Source: an uncultured Elusimicrobia bacterium (GTDB taxonomy: Bacteria; Elusimicrobiota; Elusimicrobia; FEN-1173). From it: 64,000 nucleotides of DNA. The stretch lies in NCBI GenBank assembly GCA_964484135.1, contig CAZAEL010000003.1, positions 4,306-68,305 on the forward strand, read 5' to 3'. A program made the translations under genes and the position numbers. This document shows, in pieces, positions 40,408 to 51,212 of the stretch (the first letter of the stretch is position 1; each line of letters begins with the position of its first letter). Below the pieces are notes generated by a model. That model searched no databases, had not been told where the DNA came from, and saw only the letters and a program-made list of their open reading frames with translations.

Positions 40408-42197
40408 GCCTTTTTGATCACCAGGCGGTTGCCCAGGACCAGGGCGTCCATGCCGCTTTTCGCGAAGGTGTTGAAGGCGTTTTCCGGCGTGGCGACGATG
40501 GGCTCTCCCTTGAGGTTGAAGGAGGTGTTTAAGAGCACGGGCACGCCGGAAGCTTGGCCGAACGTTTCGATGAGCCGGTGATAGCGGGGGTTCGTCTCCT
40601 TAAACACCGTCTGGAGGCGGCCCGTGCCGTCCACGTGGGTGACCGCCGGGATTTTGTCCCGCATCGCCGGTTTCACGGGCGACACCATGAGCATGAAGCG
40701 GGGGGGATGGCGGCGCGCCGGGTCCGGCATGTCGAAATAATCCGCGGCCCGCTCCGCCAAGACGGACGGGGCGAAGGGGCGGAACGGCTCGCGGAACTTG
40801 ATCTTGACGTTCACGACGTCCTTCATGTCCGCCCGCCGGGGGTCCGCCAGGATGGACCGGTTGCCCAGGGCCCGGGGGCCCCATTCGAAAGCGCCCTGGT
40901 GCCATCCCACCACTTTCCCCGCCGTCAGCAGGTCCACCGCGCGGTCCAGCAGCCTGTCCTCTCCGTCGAAGGCTTCATGGGGGATGCCTTCTTTCCGCAG
41001 GAAGGCGTCCGCTTCTCCGTCGCCGTAGTCCTCTCCCCAATAGGCGTGGTCCATGACGAACCGCCGGGGCCGGCCCAGGGCCGCGTGGTAAACGTACAAC
41101 GCCGCGCCCAGGGCGCCGCCGGAGTCCCCGGCCGCGGGCTGGATGTAGATGTCCTCGAAGGGCGTCTCCTTCAACAGCCGGTAATTGGCCACGGAGTTGA
41201 GCGCCACCCCGCCCGCCAGGCAGAGCTTCTTGAGCCCCGTGCGTCGGTGCAGGTGGCGGGCCATGCGGATCACCACGTCCTCCGTCACCTTTTGGATGCT
41301 GGCGGCCACGTCCGCGTAATACTGGTTGCGTTCCCGCTCCTCCCGGGTGGAGGGGATCGGGTCGTCGTACAGGCTGGTTTGGGCGGTCACGAAGCGGGCC
41401 CGGGGCGAACGGGGTTCCCCGAAAAGGTCCATGAATTTCCGGCGGAAGGTTTTCTCCCGGTGGTAGTAGAAACTGAAGTAGGACATGTCCAGGTCGAAGC
41501 TGCCGTCCTCGTACAATTTCAACAGCTTGAGGACCTTGTCTTCGTATTTGGGGGAACCGTAGGGCGCCATGCCCATGACCTTGTATTCCCCTTCGTTGAC
41601 CTCAAAACCGAGAAACGCGGTGAAGGCCGAATAGAGCAGGCCCAGGGAATGGGGGAAACGCAGTTCCGCGAAAAGGTCGATGCGGTTCTCGCCTTTCCCG
41701 TCCCATTGGGCCGTGCCCCGGCCCAGGGTGGCGGTGCTCCATTCGCCCACCCCGTCCACCGTCATGACGGCGGCTTCCTCAAAAGGGGAAGAGTACAGGG
41801 CGCTGGCCGCGTGGGACAGGTGGTGCTCCATGAAGAGGATTTTTTCGGCCGGGACCCCCAGTTGTTCCTGGATGAGGTTTTTGACCCACAGCTTGTCGCC
41901 CAGCCAGGCGATCATGGAGTCGCGGAACACGGCGCCGGATCGGGGATATCCCGCCAGGACGCTCATGAGCAGCCGCTCGAATTTCCGGAAAGGTTTTTCA
42001 TAGAACACGACGTGATCCAGGTCGCCGGCGGCGATCCCGCCTTTTTTCAGGCAAAATCGGATGGCGTTGAGGGGGAAGTCATGGTCGTGCTTCTTGCGGC
42101 TGAACCGTTCCTCCTCCGCGGCGGCGACCAGGAGGCCGTCTTTGAGCAGGGCGGCGGCCGCGTCGTGGTAGAAACAGCTGAGGCCGAGGATATTCAT
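40404..42197 (-). CDS. Carbamoyltransferase (NodU/CmcH family)
   Basis: MNILGLSCFYHDAAAALLKDG N-terminus (Kae1/HypF-like carbamoyltransferase fold) and conserved C-terminal domain. Start set at the internal ATG 42197 rather than ORF-track 42344. Its 3' end converges on the flippase gene with a 4-bp overlap. Confidence 0.85.
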   Translation of the reverse strand: MNILGLSCFYHDAAAALLKDGLLVAAAEEERFSRKKHDHDFPLNAIRFCLKKGGIAAGDLDHVVFYEKPFRKFERLLMSVLAGYPRSGAVFRDSMIAWLGDKLWVKNLIQEQLGVPAEKILFMEHHLSHAASALYSSPFEEAAVMTVDGVGEWSTATLGRGTAQWDGKGENRIDLFAELRFPHSLGLLYSAFTAFLGFEVNEGEYKVMGMAPYGSPKYEDKVLKLLKLYEDGSFDLDMSYFSFYYHREKTFRRKFMDLFGEPRSPRARFVTAQTSLYDDPIPSTREERERNQYYADVAASIQKVTEDVVIRMARHLHRRTGLKKLCLAGGVALNSVANYRLLKETPFEDIYIQPAAGDSGGALGAALYVYHAALGRPRRFVMDHAYWGEDYGDGEADAFLRKEGIPHEAFDGEDRLLDRAVDLLTAGKVVGWHQGAFEWGPRALGNRSILADPRRADMKDVVNVKIKFREPFRPFAPSVLAERAADYFDMPDPARRHPPRFMLMVSPVKPAMRDKIPAVTHVDGTGRLQTVFKETNPRYHRLIETFGQASGVPVLLNTSFNLKGEPIVATPENAFNTFAKSGMDALVLGNRLVIKKA

Positions 42198-42201
42198 GGG
42201 T

Positions 42202-42438
42202 TCAGGACTGTTTCTTGAGGTCTTCGAGGGATCGGTCCCGTGTTTCCCGGGGGACCCAGCCGGAGGCCCTGTCCCGGGTCTTGAGGCGCAGGGGATCCAT
42301 GAACACCTTGACCAGGAGGCCGAAAGGGAGGAGGAGGGTGTCATAGAGCAGGATCAAAACCAGGCGGGTCTGGAAAACCCCGATGGCGTGGGCGATCTTT
42401 TTCCAGCCGGCCCAGAGGCGTTTGAGAGAGTCGGCCAT
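42202..42438 (-). CDS. Small predicted membrane protein (78 aa) translationally coupled between the SDR and carbamoyltransferase genes; possibly SxtJ/DUF5989-like
   Basis: [46 protein letters not shown]... Its ATG overlaps the SDR stop (ATGA). The upstream part of the 352-aa ORF-track frame is an Arg/Gly/Pro-rich alternate frame of the SDR gene. Confidence 0.5.
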   Translation of the reverse strand: MADSLKRLWAGWKKIAHAIGVFQTRLVLILLYDTLLLPFGLLVKVFMDPLRLKTRDRASGWVPRETRDRSLEDLKKQS

Positions 42439-43226
42439 CAAAGGCCCCGGGTGGCCCCGCCGTCCACCACCAGCGTGGCGCCGGTGATGTAGGAGGCCCG
42501 TTCCGAGCACAGGAAGACCACGGCGTCCGCGAACTCCTCCGGGCGGCCCGCGCGGCCCAAGGGGATGCCGGCCGTCAGGGATTCCAGGGCTTGTTCCCGG
42601 GTCCGTCCGGTTTTCCGGGCGCCGGCTTCGAGGAGCGAGGCCAGGCGGTCCGTGAGGAAGCTGCCCGGGGCCGCGTTGTTCACGAGGATGCCGTCCTTGG
42701 CCGTTTCCTCGGCCAGGGACTTGGCCATGGCCGTGACCCCGGAACGAAGGGCGTTGCTCAGCACCATGTGGACGGCGGGTTGTCTGACCGTGACGCTGGT
42801 CAGGTTGACGATCCGTCCCCAGCGGTTTTTCTTCATGGCGGGAAGGGCGGCGCGGATGAGCCTGACCGCGCTCATGAGGGTCAAGTCCACGGCGGCGCGC
42901 CATTGGTCCTCCGTGATTTCCCGAAAGGCGCCGGGAGGCGGACCGCCCGCGTTGGTCACCAGGATGTCCAGCCGCCCGAAGCGCGCCACGGTTTTTTCGA
43001 CCAAAAGACCGGCCGTGTCCGGCAGGGACAGGTCCCCGGCCAGGGGAAGAATTTCGGCCTTCGTCTCGGCCTCTATTTGCCGGGCCGTTTGTCGGAGCGC
43101 CGCGCCGTCGCGGCCGTTGACGGCCACCGCAGCGCCTTCCCGCGCCAGGGCCGTTGCCACGGCCCGGCCCAGCCCCTTTGAACCGGCCGCCACCAGCGCG
43201 ACCCTGCCTTTCAGTCCCAGGTCCAT
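42438..43226 (-). CDS. SDR family oxidoreductase
   Basis: [18 protein letters not shown] ... NAG ... catalytic YxxxK region. Classical SDR. Confidence 0.85.
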   Translation of the reverse strand: MDLGLKGRVALVAAGSKGLGRAVATALAREGAAVAVNGRDGAALRQTARQIEAETKAEILPLAGDLSLPDTAGLLVEKTVARFGRLDILVTNAGGPPPGAFREITEDQWRAAVDLTLMSAVRLIRAALPAMKKNRWGRIVNLTSVTVRQPAVHMVLSNALRSGVTAMAKSLAEETAKDGILVNNAAPGSFLTDRLASLLEAGARKTGRTREQALESLTAGIPLGRAGRPEEFADAVVFLCSERASYITGATLVVDGGATRGL

Positions 43227-43279
43227 TTTTTCTGGCCCCTCCCGAACCTATTAGATACAATTTGAAACGTCTTTATTCA

Positions 43280-44539
43280 ATGAGAGAGATGACCGCCCAA
43301 GACAATCTTCGCCGACATCTGGCGCTCTTCCGGAGGGCTTCCCTGGGCCTGACGGCCCTCTGCCTCCCCTTGTCCATCGCGGCCGCCAACATCGCCTGCG
43401 GCCTGGCTTTGCTGGCGCTCATGGCGGAGACGGCCGTCCCCGCGTGCCGCCGCCCCTATCGTCGGACCGGGCTGGAACTTCCCTGGCTGGGCCTGATGGC
43501 GGCGTCCGCGGCCGGCGTCCTCTTTTCCGCGGATCCCGGCCACGCCCTCAAAAAATCGGGCGATGAAATCCTGATCCTTTTTTTTCTGGCCGCGTCCCAG
43601 GGCCAGGACGAAGAAGACGCCAAGCGGAACATGGACCTGTTTTTGATGTCCTCCGCGGCCGCGGCGTTGTGGAGCCTCTTCCAGGCGTCCCTGGGCATCC
43701 TGCGGGGGCCGGACGGCGCCCTGGACCATGTGCCCGGGTGGGCCCATTCTCTGCCCGCCGTCGTGTTGAGGGAGCTGGCCACGCCCGCGGGCCGGGGCCT
43801 GGGCTTCTACAGCCATCCGCTGACGTTCGCCGGCGTCATGACCCTGGGGTTCTTTTTGGCGCTGGGGCGATGGGCGGAAGGGCGGCCTCCCCGTTCCGGG
43901 CTCGCGTGGGCGGCGGCCGGCGTTCTGTGGCTCGGCCTCATGGCCAGCGGGGGGCGGACCGCATTGGCCGCGTCCGCCGCGTTCGGCGTCGGGTATCTTT
44001 TTTGGAAACGGTCCCGATGGGCCTGGGCCGCTCTGGCGGTCTTTCTGGCGGCCGCAGGGCTCTGGATGTCTTCTCCGGCGAAGCGGGAACGGATGTCCCT
44101 GTCCCATCCGTCCGCCCAGTTGCGCCTGGGGCTGTGGCGCGCCTCCTGGGCGGAATTCAAAAAGGACCCTTTGACCGGCCGGGGGCCGGGCCAATTCCAC
44201 GTGTCCACCAAGGAACTGTCCGGGGAGGTGGACTATCCCGAGATGGTCTGGTCCGAGTCCCACAACATCGCGCTTCAGGCGCTGGTGGAAAAGGGGCTGC
44301 TGGGCTTTGCGGCGCTGTCATGGTTTATGGTCGCCCTGGGCCGGATATTCGTCCGCGGTGCTTCTCAAGACGGGCGGGGAGGGCTTTTTTGGGGGTTCCT
44401 CGCGCTCCTGACAACAGGCGCCACGGAGTCCTGGACCCAGGATTCGGAAGTGATCATGGCGTTGTATTTTCTGGCGGGCACGGTTTCCGCGGGTTTACAC
44501 AAAAATCCCCGGTTTTTGCAACGGGAACAATCGGGTTAA
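43280..44539 (+). CDS. O-antigen ligase / O-antigen polymerase family membrane protein (Wzy_C-like)
   Basis: 419 aa polytopic protein with a periplasmic-loop region containing SESHNIALQALVEKGLLG, similar to the O-antigen ligase domain. Confidence 0.55.
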   Translation: MREMTAQDNLRRHLALFRRASLGLTALCLPLSIAAANIACGLALLALMAETAVPACRRPYRRTGLELPWLGLMAASAAGVLFSADPGHALKKSGDEILILFFLAASQGQDEEDAKRNMDLFLMSSAAAALWSLFQASLGILRGPDGALDHVPGWAHSLPAVVLRELATPAGRGLGFYSHPLTFAGVMTLGFFLALGRWAEGRPPRSGLAWAAAGVLWLGLMASGGRTALAASAAFGVGYLFWKRSRWAWAALAVFLAAAGLWMSSPAKRERMSLSHPSAQLRLGLWRASWAEFKKDPLTGRGPGQFHVSTKELSGEVDYPEMVWSESHNIALQALVEKGLLGFAALSWFMVALGRIFVRGASQDGRGGLFWGFLALLTTGATESWTQDSEVIMALYFLAGTVSAGLHKNPRFLQREQSG

Positions 44540-44554
44540 ATCAATCGAAATTCA

Positions 44555-44583
44555 TTGACAGGATGCGGTGAATATGGTGTAAT
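44555..44583 (+). promoter_or_regulatory. sigma70-like promoter TTGACA-N17-TGTAAT upstream of the regulator gene
   Basis: TTGACA at 44555-44560 and TGTAAT at 44578-44583. Confidence 0.45.
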
Positions 44584-44589
44584 GATCTT

Positions 44590-44616
44590 GCCCATCCGAA
44601 CAATGGGCTTTTTTTG
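44590..44616 (+). terminator. Hairpin plus U-run located between the promoter and the regulator start codon (terminator of the upstream ligase-like gene and/or leader attenuator)
   Basis: GCCCAT-CCGAACA-ATGGGC followed by TTTTTTTGTTTCTTTTT. Confidence 0.5.
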
Positions 44617-44644
44617 TTTCTTTTTCGTTCAAACATTGAACAAA

Positions 44645-47042
<2,398 letters not shown>

Positions 47043-47113
47043 CGCCCGACGCCGCTGTCTTGCCGGAGGCCCCCGCGGCCCCGCCGTCGTCCGTCGGCCC
47101 GGTGGATCCCGTC

Positions 47114-47935
47114 ATGGTGTTCGACCATGTCGGGCAGATTTTTTGCAGCAAGTTCGATTTCCGGCGGAAGTACGCCATCCGATACATGTTCTATTGGGAG
47201 AGGAAGCGCAAGCGGCCCCTCAGGCCCGGCGAGTTCTACGCCGTCGACGACGTTTCGTTCGCCGTCAACCGCGGCGACGTCTTTTGGGTCGTGGGTACGC
47301 CGGGCTCCGGGAAGACGTCCCTCGCCAAGCTGATGATCGGGTCCCTGTGCCCGGACGTCGGGCGCGTCCGGAGCCGGGGCGTCGTGCGCCTCGTCAGTTC
47401 CAAGTTCCGCTGGAACGGCATGATGACCGTCCGCGAAAACCTTGAGTTCCTCGGCATGCTCCATGGCCTGCCGAAGGCGAGGTTGCGGGGTTTCGCCGAC
47501 GAGATCCTGGCATTCTGCGGGGCGGCGGATCAGGCGGACATCACGGCGGGGAACTTCACGAAGAAGGCGTTCGATAACATGACGCTCGCCGCCTTCCTCT
47601 TCGCGCCGGCGGATATCTATATCTTCGACTCGAAGGTCACGTTGGGCGACGGCGAAATGGGAAAAAAGTTCGCGGATTGGGCGCGCCTGCATCTGGCGGG
47701 GAAGACCCTCATCGTCATCACCACCGGCACGCGCTTTCCGCTGGAGTTCGCCCCCAACCGTGGTCTCCTCCTCCATGAGGGAAAGGCCGAATGGCAGGGG
47801 CCGGCGTCCGGCCTGGTGCCGGCGTACCGGGCCCTCGAAGCCCGCCTTGCCGCCGAGAAGGCCAAGGAGGTCGAGCGGCCGACCGGCCTGGAAGACGAGG
47901 ACGATCTCGAAGAGGAGGAGCTACGCGCCATATGA
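47114..47935 (+). CDS. Wzt/KpsT-like ABC ATPase with intact Walker A but degenerate signature, Walker-B glutamate and H-loop (an upstream GTG at ~47038 is an alternative start)
   Basis: Walker A VVGTPGSGKTS is intact. The LSGGQ position reads NFTKKAFDN. Walker B reads IYIFDS (E to S). The H-loop reads ITT. The overall alignment pattern matches KpsT. Confidence 0.6.
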   Translation: MVFDHVGQIFCSKFDFRRKYAIRYMFYWERKRKRPLRPGEFYAVDDVSFAVNRGDVFWVVGTPGSGKTSLAKLMIGSLCPDVGRVRSRGVVRLVSSKFRWNGMMTVRENLEFLGMLHGLPKARLRGFADEILAFCGAADQADITAGNFTKKAFDNMTLAAFLFAPADIYIFDSKVTLGDGEMGKKFADWARLHLAGKTLIVITTGTRFPLEFAPNRGLLLHEGKAEWQGPASGLVPAYRALEARLAAEKAKEVERPTGLEDEDDLEEEELRAI

Positions 47936-49056
47936 TCCGCCGGCTGTTCTCCGCTTTCGATCGCGCTTCGCCGCCAGGGCCGGCCGCTCCGCCGCCCGCC
48001 GGAGGGAAGAAGGCGAACCGGAAACAGGAATTCTACGACGAAATGCGCGCTCTCGCCGCGGGGCGGGAGCCCTTGGTGTTTGGTCCCTTCTTCACGGAAA
48101 TCGGTTTTGAGACGCTCTATTGGATTCCGTTCCTGAATTGGTTCAGGCGGGAATTCGGGATCCCCGCCGGACGTATCACGGTCATATCGCGCGGCGGGAC
48201 GCGCTCTTGGTACCGCCATATCACGGACCGCTATGTCGACCTTTTCGACCTTTATTCCCTCGATGAGTTCAAGGCCAAGAACGAGGCGCGGATCGAGGAG
48301 AACCGGAAGAACAACCTGCAGAACCCGGTGAAACACCGGGTGGCGGCGGAGCTCGACCGCGAAATCGTGGCCGAGGCCTGCCGGAAACAGGGGATTTCCG
48401 GACACAAGCTCCTGCATCCGTCCCTCATGTTCCGTTACATAGACATCCTTCGGGGGGCGGCCGACCTGAAGCTGACGCGGTTCGAGCATTTCCAGCCGGA
48501 CCTCGCGCATGGGGCGCTGAAGGACCTGCCGGGGGAATACATCGCGGTGAAATTCTGGTTCGGCGGCCAGTTCAGGGAAACCGACGTCAACAAGCGCTTC
48601 GCCCAGGACGTGATCACGGCCGCGGCGCGCGTTGCGGACGTGGTGCTCCTCAACACCGGGCTCGAGGTGGAGAGGACGGATGGATTCGACCGCTGGTTCA
48701 ACGAATTGACGTCCTGCGGGGCGCGGGTCCACTGCCTGCGCGGACGGGTGGGGCTGCGGGACAATTTGGACGTCCAGACGGCCGTCATCGCCAAGTCGCG
48801 CCTTTTCCTCGGGACCTACGGCGGATTCGCGTACATCGCGCCGTTCGTCGGCGTTCCGGCCATGACGTTTTATTCCGACGAGGGGGGGTACGTGTACGAC
48901 CACCTGGAAATGCTGAACCGCGCGCTCAGGAACCTGCGCGTCTCCTCGGGGCGCCGCGCGGACTTCACGCCCCTGGACGTCGCCTCTTTCACCGCGGGCC
49001 CCGGGGTGCTGTTCGGTCTTGAATCGGCCGGCCTCCCTTCCGCGGCCGTCCGATGA
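47932..49056 (+). CDS. Uncharacterised protein, paralog A (possible KpsS/KpsC-like Capsule_synth family)
   Basis: 374 aa. Shares [24 protein letters not shown] ... SWYRH.T ... [10 protein letters not shown] ... [35 protein letters not shown] with the next gene. ATGA coupling with the ATPase gene. Confidence 0.45.
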   Translation: MIRRLFSAFDRASPPGPAAPPPAGGKKANRKQEFYDEMRALAAGREPLVFGPFFTEIGFETLYWIPFLNWFRREFGIPAGRITVISRGGTRSWYRHITDRYVDLFDLYSLDEFKAKNEARIEENRKNNLQNPVKHRVAAELDREIVAEACRKQGISGHKLLHPSLMFRYIDILRGAADLKLTRFEHFQPDLAHGALKDLPGEYIAVKFWFGGQFRETDVNKRFAQDVITAAARVADVVLLNTGLEVERTDGFDRWFNELTSCGARVHCLRGRVGLRDNLDVQTAVIAKSRLFLGTYGGFAYIAPFVGVPAMTFYSDEGGYVYDHLEMLNRALRNLRVSSGRRADFTPLDVASFTAGPGVLFGLESAGLPSAAVR

Positions 49057-50165
49057 TGCGCGGGGAAAAGTGGGGGCTGGGCGCCCTGCGGGACCGGCTC
49101 CGAGGCCTGTTGCGTCCCGGCCCTCGGGCCGGGCGCACGTACCGCCAGCTGAAGGATATCGCGGCGGGCGATCGGCCGATCCTCTGCGGACCCTTTTTCA
49201 CCGAGATCGGTTTCGAGGTACTCTATTGGATCCCGTTCGTCAACTGGTTCAGGCAAGAGTTCGGGATCGCCCCTGGGCGGCTTGTCGTCGTTTCCCGCGG
49301 CGGGGCCCAGTCCTGGTACCGCCACGTCACCGCGGACTATGAAGATGTGTTCGATTATTTTACACTGGACGAATTCAAGCGGCGGAACGAGGAGCGCATC
49401 GCGGAAAATAAGCGCAACGGACAGGGCAACGCGCCCAAGCACCTGACCGTTTCGTTTTTGGATCGGGAAATCATCAAAAAGGTGGTCCGAAAACGGGGTT
49501 TTTCCGACTTCAATCTGTTGCATCCGTCTCACATGTTCCGATTCATGGGCGCGATGCGGAACTCGCCCGACATGGAGTTCACCCGATACGAGCTCTTCCG
49601 CGCGGATGAGCGGACGCCCTTGCCGGAAGGACTGCCGGACGACTACGTCGCCGTGAAGTTTTGGTTCGGCGGACAGTTCCCGGACACGGAAACGAACCGG
49701 CGCTTCATCCGGAACCTGGTGAACGCTTTGGCGCGCTCCGGGCCGGTGGTCCTGCTCAATTCCGGCCTTGGGGTGGAGCGGACCCCGGCGTTCGACGCTT
49801 GGTTCGACGGGCAGGAGTTCGACGGGGGGAATGTCCATGGCCTCCGGGGCCGGGTGCCGTTGCGCCAGAACCTGGACGTGCAGACGGCGGTGATCCGCCG
49901 ATCCAGGCTCTTCGTGGGGACTTACGGGGGCTTCGCTTATGCGGCCCCATTCGCCGGCGTCCCGGCCGTCACGTTCTACTCCAACGAGGGGGGGTTCGTG
50001 TACGAACACTTGGACATGCTCCAGCGGGCGCTGCGTCGGCTCCGGCTGGAGACGGGCCGACCAGCGGACTTCGCGCCCTGGGACGTCCGGTTGTTCAGCC
50101 ATTGCGCCGGACGGGTGTTCGACGCCGATTTTTTGAGAGACAGTCCTGTGGTGGGGAGGATTTGA
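49053..50165 (+). CDS. Uncharacterised protein, paralog B (tandem duplicate of the previous gene)
   Basis: 370 aa, co-linear with and ~45-50% identical by eye to paralog A. ATGA coupling. Confidence 0.45.
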   Translation: MMRGEKWGLGALRDRLRGLLRPGPRAGRTYRQLKDIAAGDRPILCGPFFTEIGFEVLYWIPFVNWFRQEFGIAPGRLVVVSRGGAQSWYRHVTADYEDVFDYFTLDEFKRRNEERIAENKRNGQGNAPKHLTVSFLDREIIKKVVRKRGFSDFNLLHPSHMFRFMGAMRNSPDMEFTRYELFRADERTPLPEGLPDDYVAVKFWFGGQFPDTETNRRFIRNLVNALARSGPVVLLNSGLGVERTPAFDAWFDGQEFDGGNVHGLRGRVPLRQNLDVQTAVIRRSRLFVGTYGGFAYAAPFAGVPAVTFYSNEGGFVYEHLDMLQRALRRLRLETGRPADFAPWDVRLFSHCAGRVFDADFLRDSPVVGRI

Positions 50166-50167
50166 GA

Positions 50168-51193
50168 ATGGGATCGATGGGTTCGGAAGGACGGGGAAAG
50201 GCCGGGCCCCGAAAGGCCCTGGTCACGGGCGGGGCGGGTTTCATCGGCAGCCACCTTGTGGAACGGCTTCTTGCCGATGGACATGACGTGGCCGTGCTCG
50301 ACAATTTGTCCACGGGCCGCCTGGAGAACCTCAAGCACCTGAAGAGCGAGCGGCTCGTCGTGCATCACGCGGACGTCGCGGAGCCGGACAAGATCCGGCC
50401 GCATTTCGCGGGCGTCGAGTGGGTGTTCCATCTGGCCGCGCTTGCGGACATCGTCCCATCCATCCAGCAGCCGCTCAACTATCACCGTTCCAACGTGGAC
50501 GGCACCGTCAACGTGCTGGAGGCGGCGCGGGCGGCCGGCGTCAAACGGTTTCTCTATGCGGCCTCGTCCTCCTGCTATGGCCTCCCGGACGCCTTCCCGA
50601 CGCCGGAGACGGCGGCCATCCGGCCCATGTACCCCTACGCGCTCACCAAGTGGCTGGGCGAACAATACGTCATGCACTGGGCGCAGGTGTACAAGATGCC
50701 GTGCGTGTCGCTGAGGCTTTTCAACGTGTACGGGCCGCGCTCGCGCACTTCCGGCACCTACGGAGCGGTGTTCGGCGTGTTCCTGGCCCAGAAGCTGGCC
50801 GGGAAACCGTTTACCGTGGTCGGCGACGGAAAGCAGACCCGCGATTTTACGTTCGTGAGCGACGTGGCCGACGCCTTCATCGCTGCGGCCGCTTCCGATG
50901 TGTCCGGGGAGATGTTCAACGTGGGGTCCGGCAACACCTACAGCGTGAACCGGCTGGTGGAACTGCTGGGCGGGACGGTGACGTACATCCCGAAGCGTCC
51001 GGGCGAGCCGGACTGCACCTTCGCGGACACGCGCAAGATCGCGTCTCGGTTGGGCTGGAAGCCGCGCGTGACTTTCGAACAAGGCGTCCAGGCCATGCTG
51101 GACAACATCGACTACTGGCGGAGCGCTCCTGTATGGGACAGCGCTTCCATCGCTGTCGCCACGAAGGAATGGTTTGAGTATCTCGGACGCTGA
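50168..51193 (+). CDS. NAD-dependent epimerase/dehydratase (UDP-glucuronate decarboxylase/UXS-like)
   Basis: [19 protein letters not shown] ... [13 protein letters not shown] ... extended SDR. Confidence 0.75.
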   Translation: MGSMGSEGRGKAGPRKALVTGGAGFIGSHLVERLLADGHDVAVLDNLSTGRLENLKHLKSERLVVHHADVAEPDKIRPHFAGVEWVFHLAALADIVPSIQQPLNYHRSNVDGTVNVLEAARAAGVKRFLYAASSSCYGLPDAFPTPETAAIRPMYPYALTKWLGEQYVMHWAQVYKMPCVSLRLFNVYGPRSRTSGTYGAVFGVFLAQKLAGKPFTVVGDGKQTRDFTFVSDVADAFIAAAASDVSGEMFNVGSGNTYSVNRLVELLGGTVTYIPKRPGEPDCTFADTRKIASRLGWKPRVTFEQGVQAMLDNIDYWRSAPVWDSASIAVATKEWFEYLGR

Positions 51194-51212
51194 TCCGATA
51201 CGGGGAGCTTTT

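Noticed and set aside
42202-43260. 352-aa minus-strand ORF spanning the SDR gene in another frame
   Set aside because: Only its C-terminal 78 codons (42202-42438) look like a real hydrophobic protein with a start codon overlapping the SDR stop. The upstream 274 codons are an RG-rich alternate frame of the SDR gene.
44555-44644. ORF-track start of the regulator at TTG 44555 (MTGCGEYGVMILPIRTMGFFCFFF...)
   Set aside because: That TTG is the -35 hexamer of a TTGACA-N17-TGTAAT promoter and the frame runs through a hairpin/U-run. The ATG at 44645 precedes the wHTH domain.
51174-51212. Upstream TTG start ([13 protein letters not shown]...) for the HldE-like gene and similar alt-start extensions in the ORF track (e.g. 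28487 for trpB, 60584 for the HpcH aldolase, 42344 for the carbamoyltransferase)
   Set aside because: The extensions lack a Shine-Dalgarno and overlap upstream genes or terminators. Internal ATGs with a good Shine-Dalgarno and conserved N-termini ([34 protein letters not shown]) are preferred.
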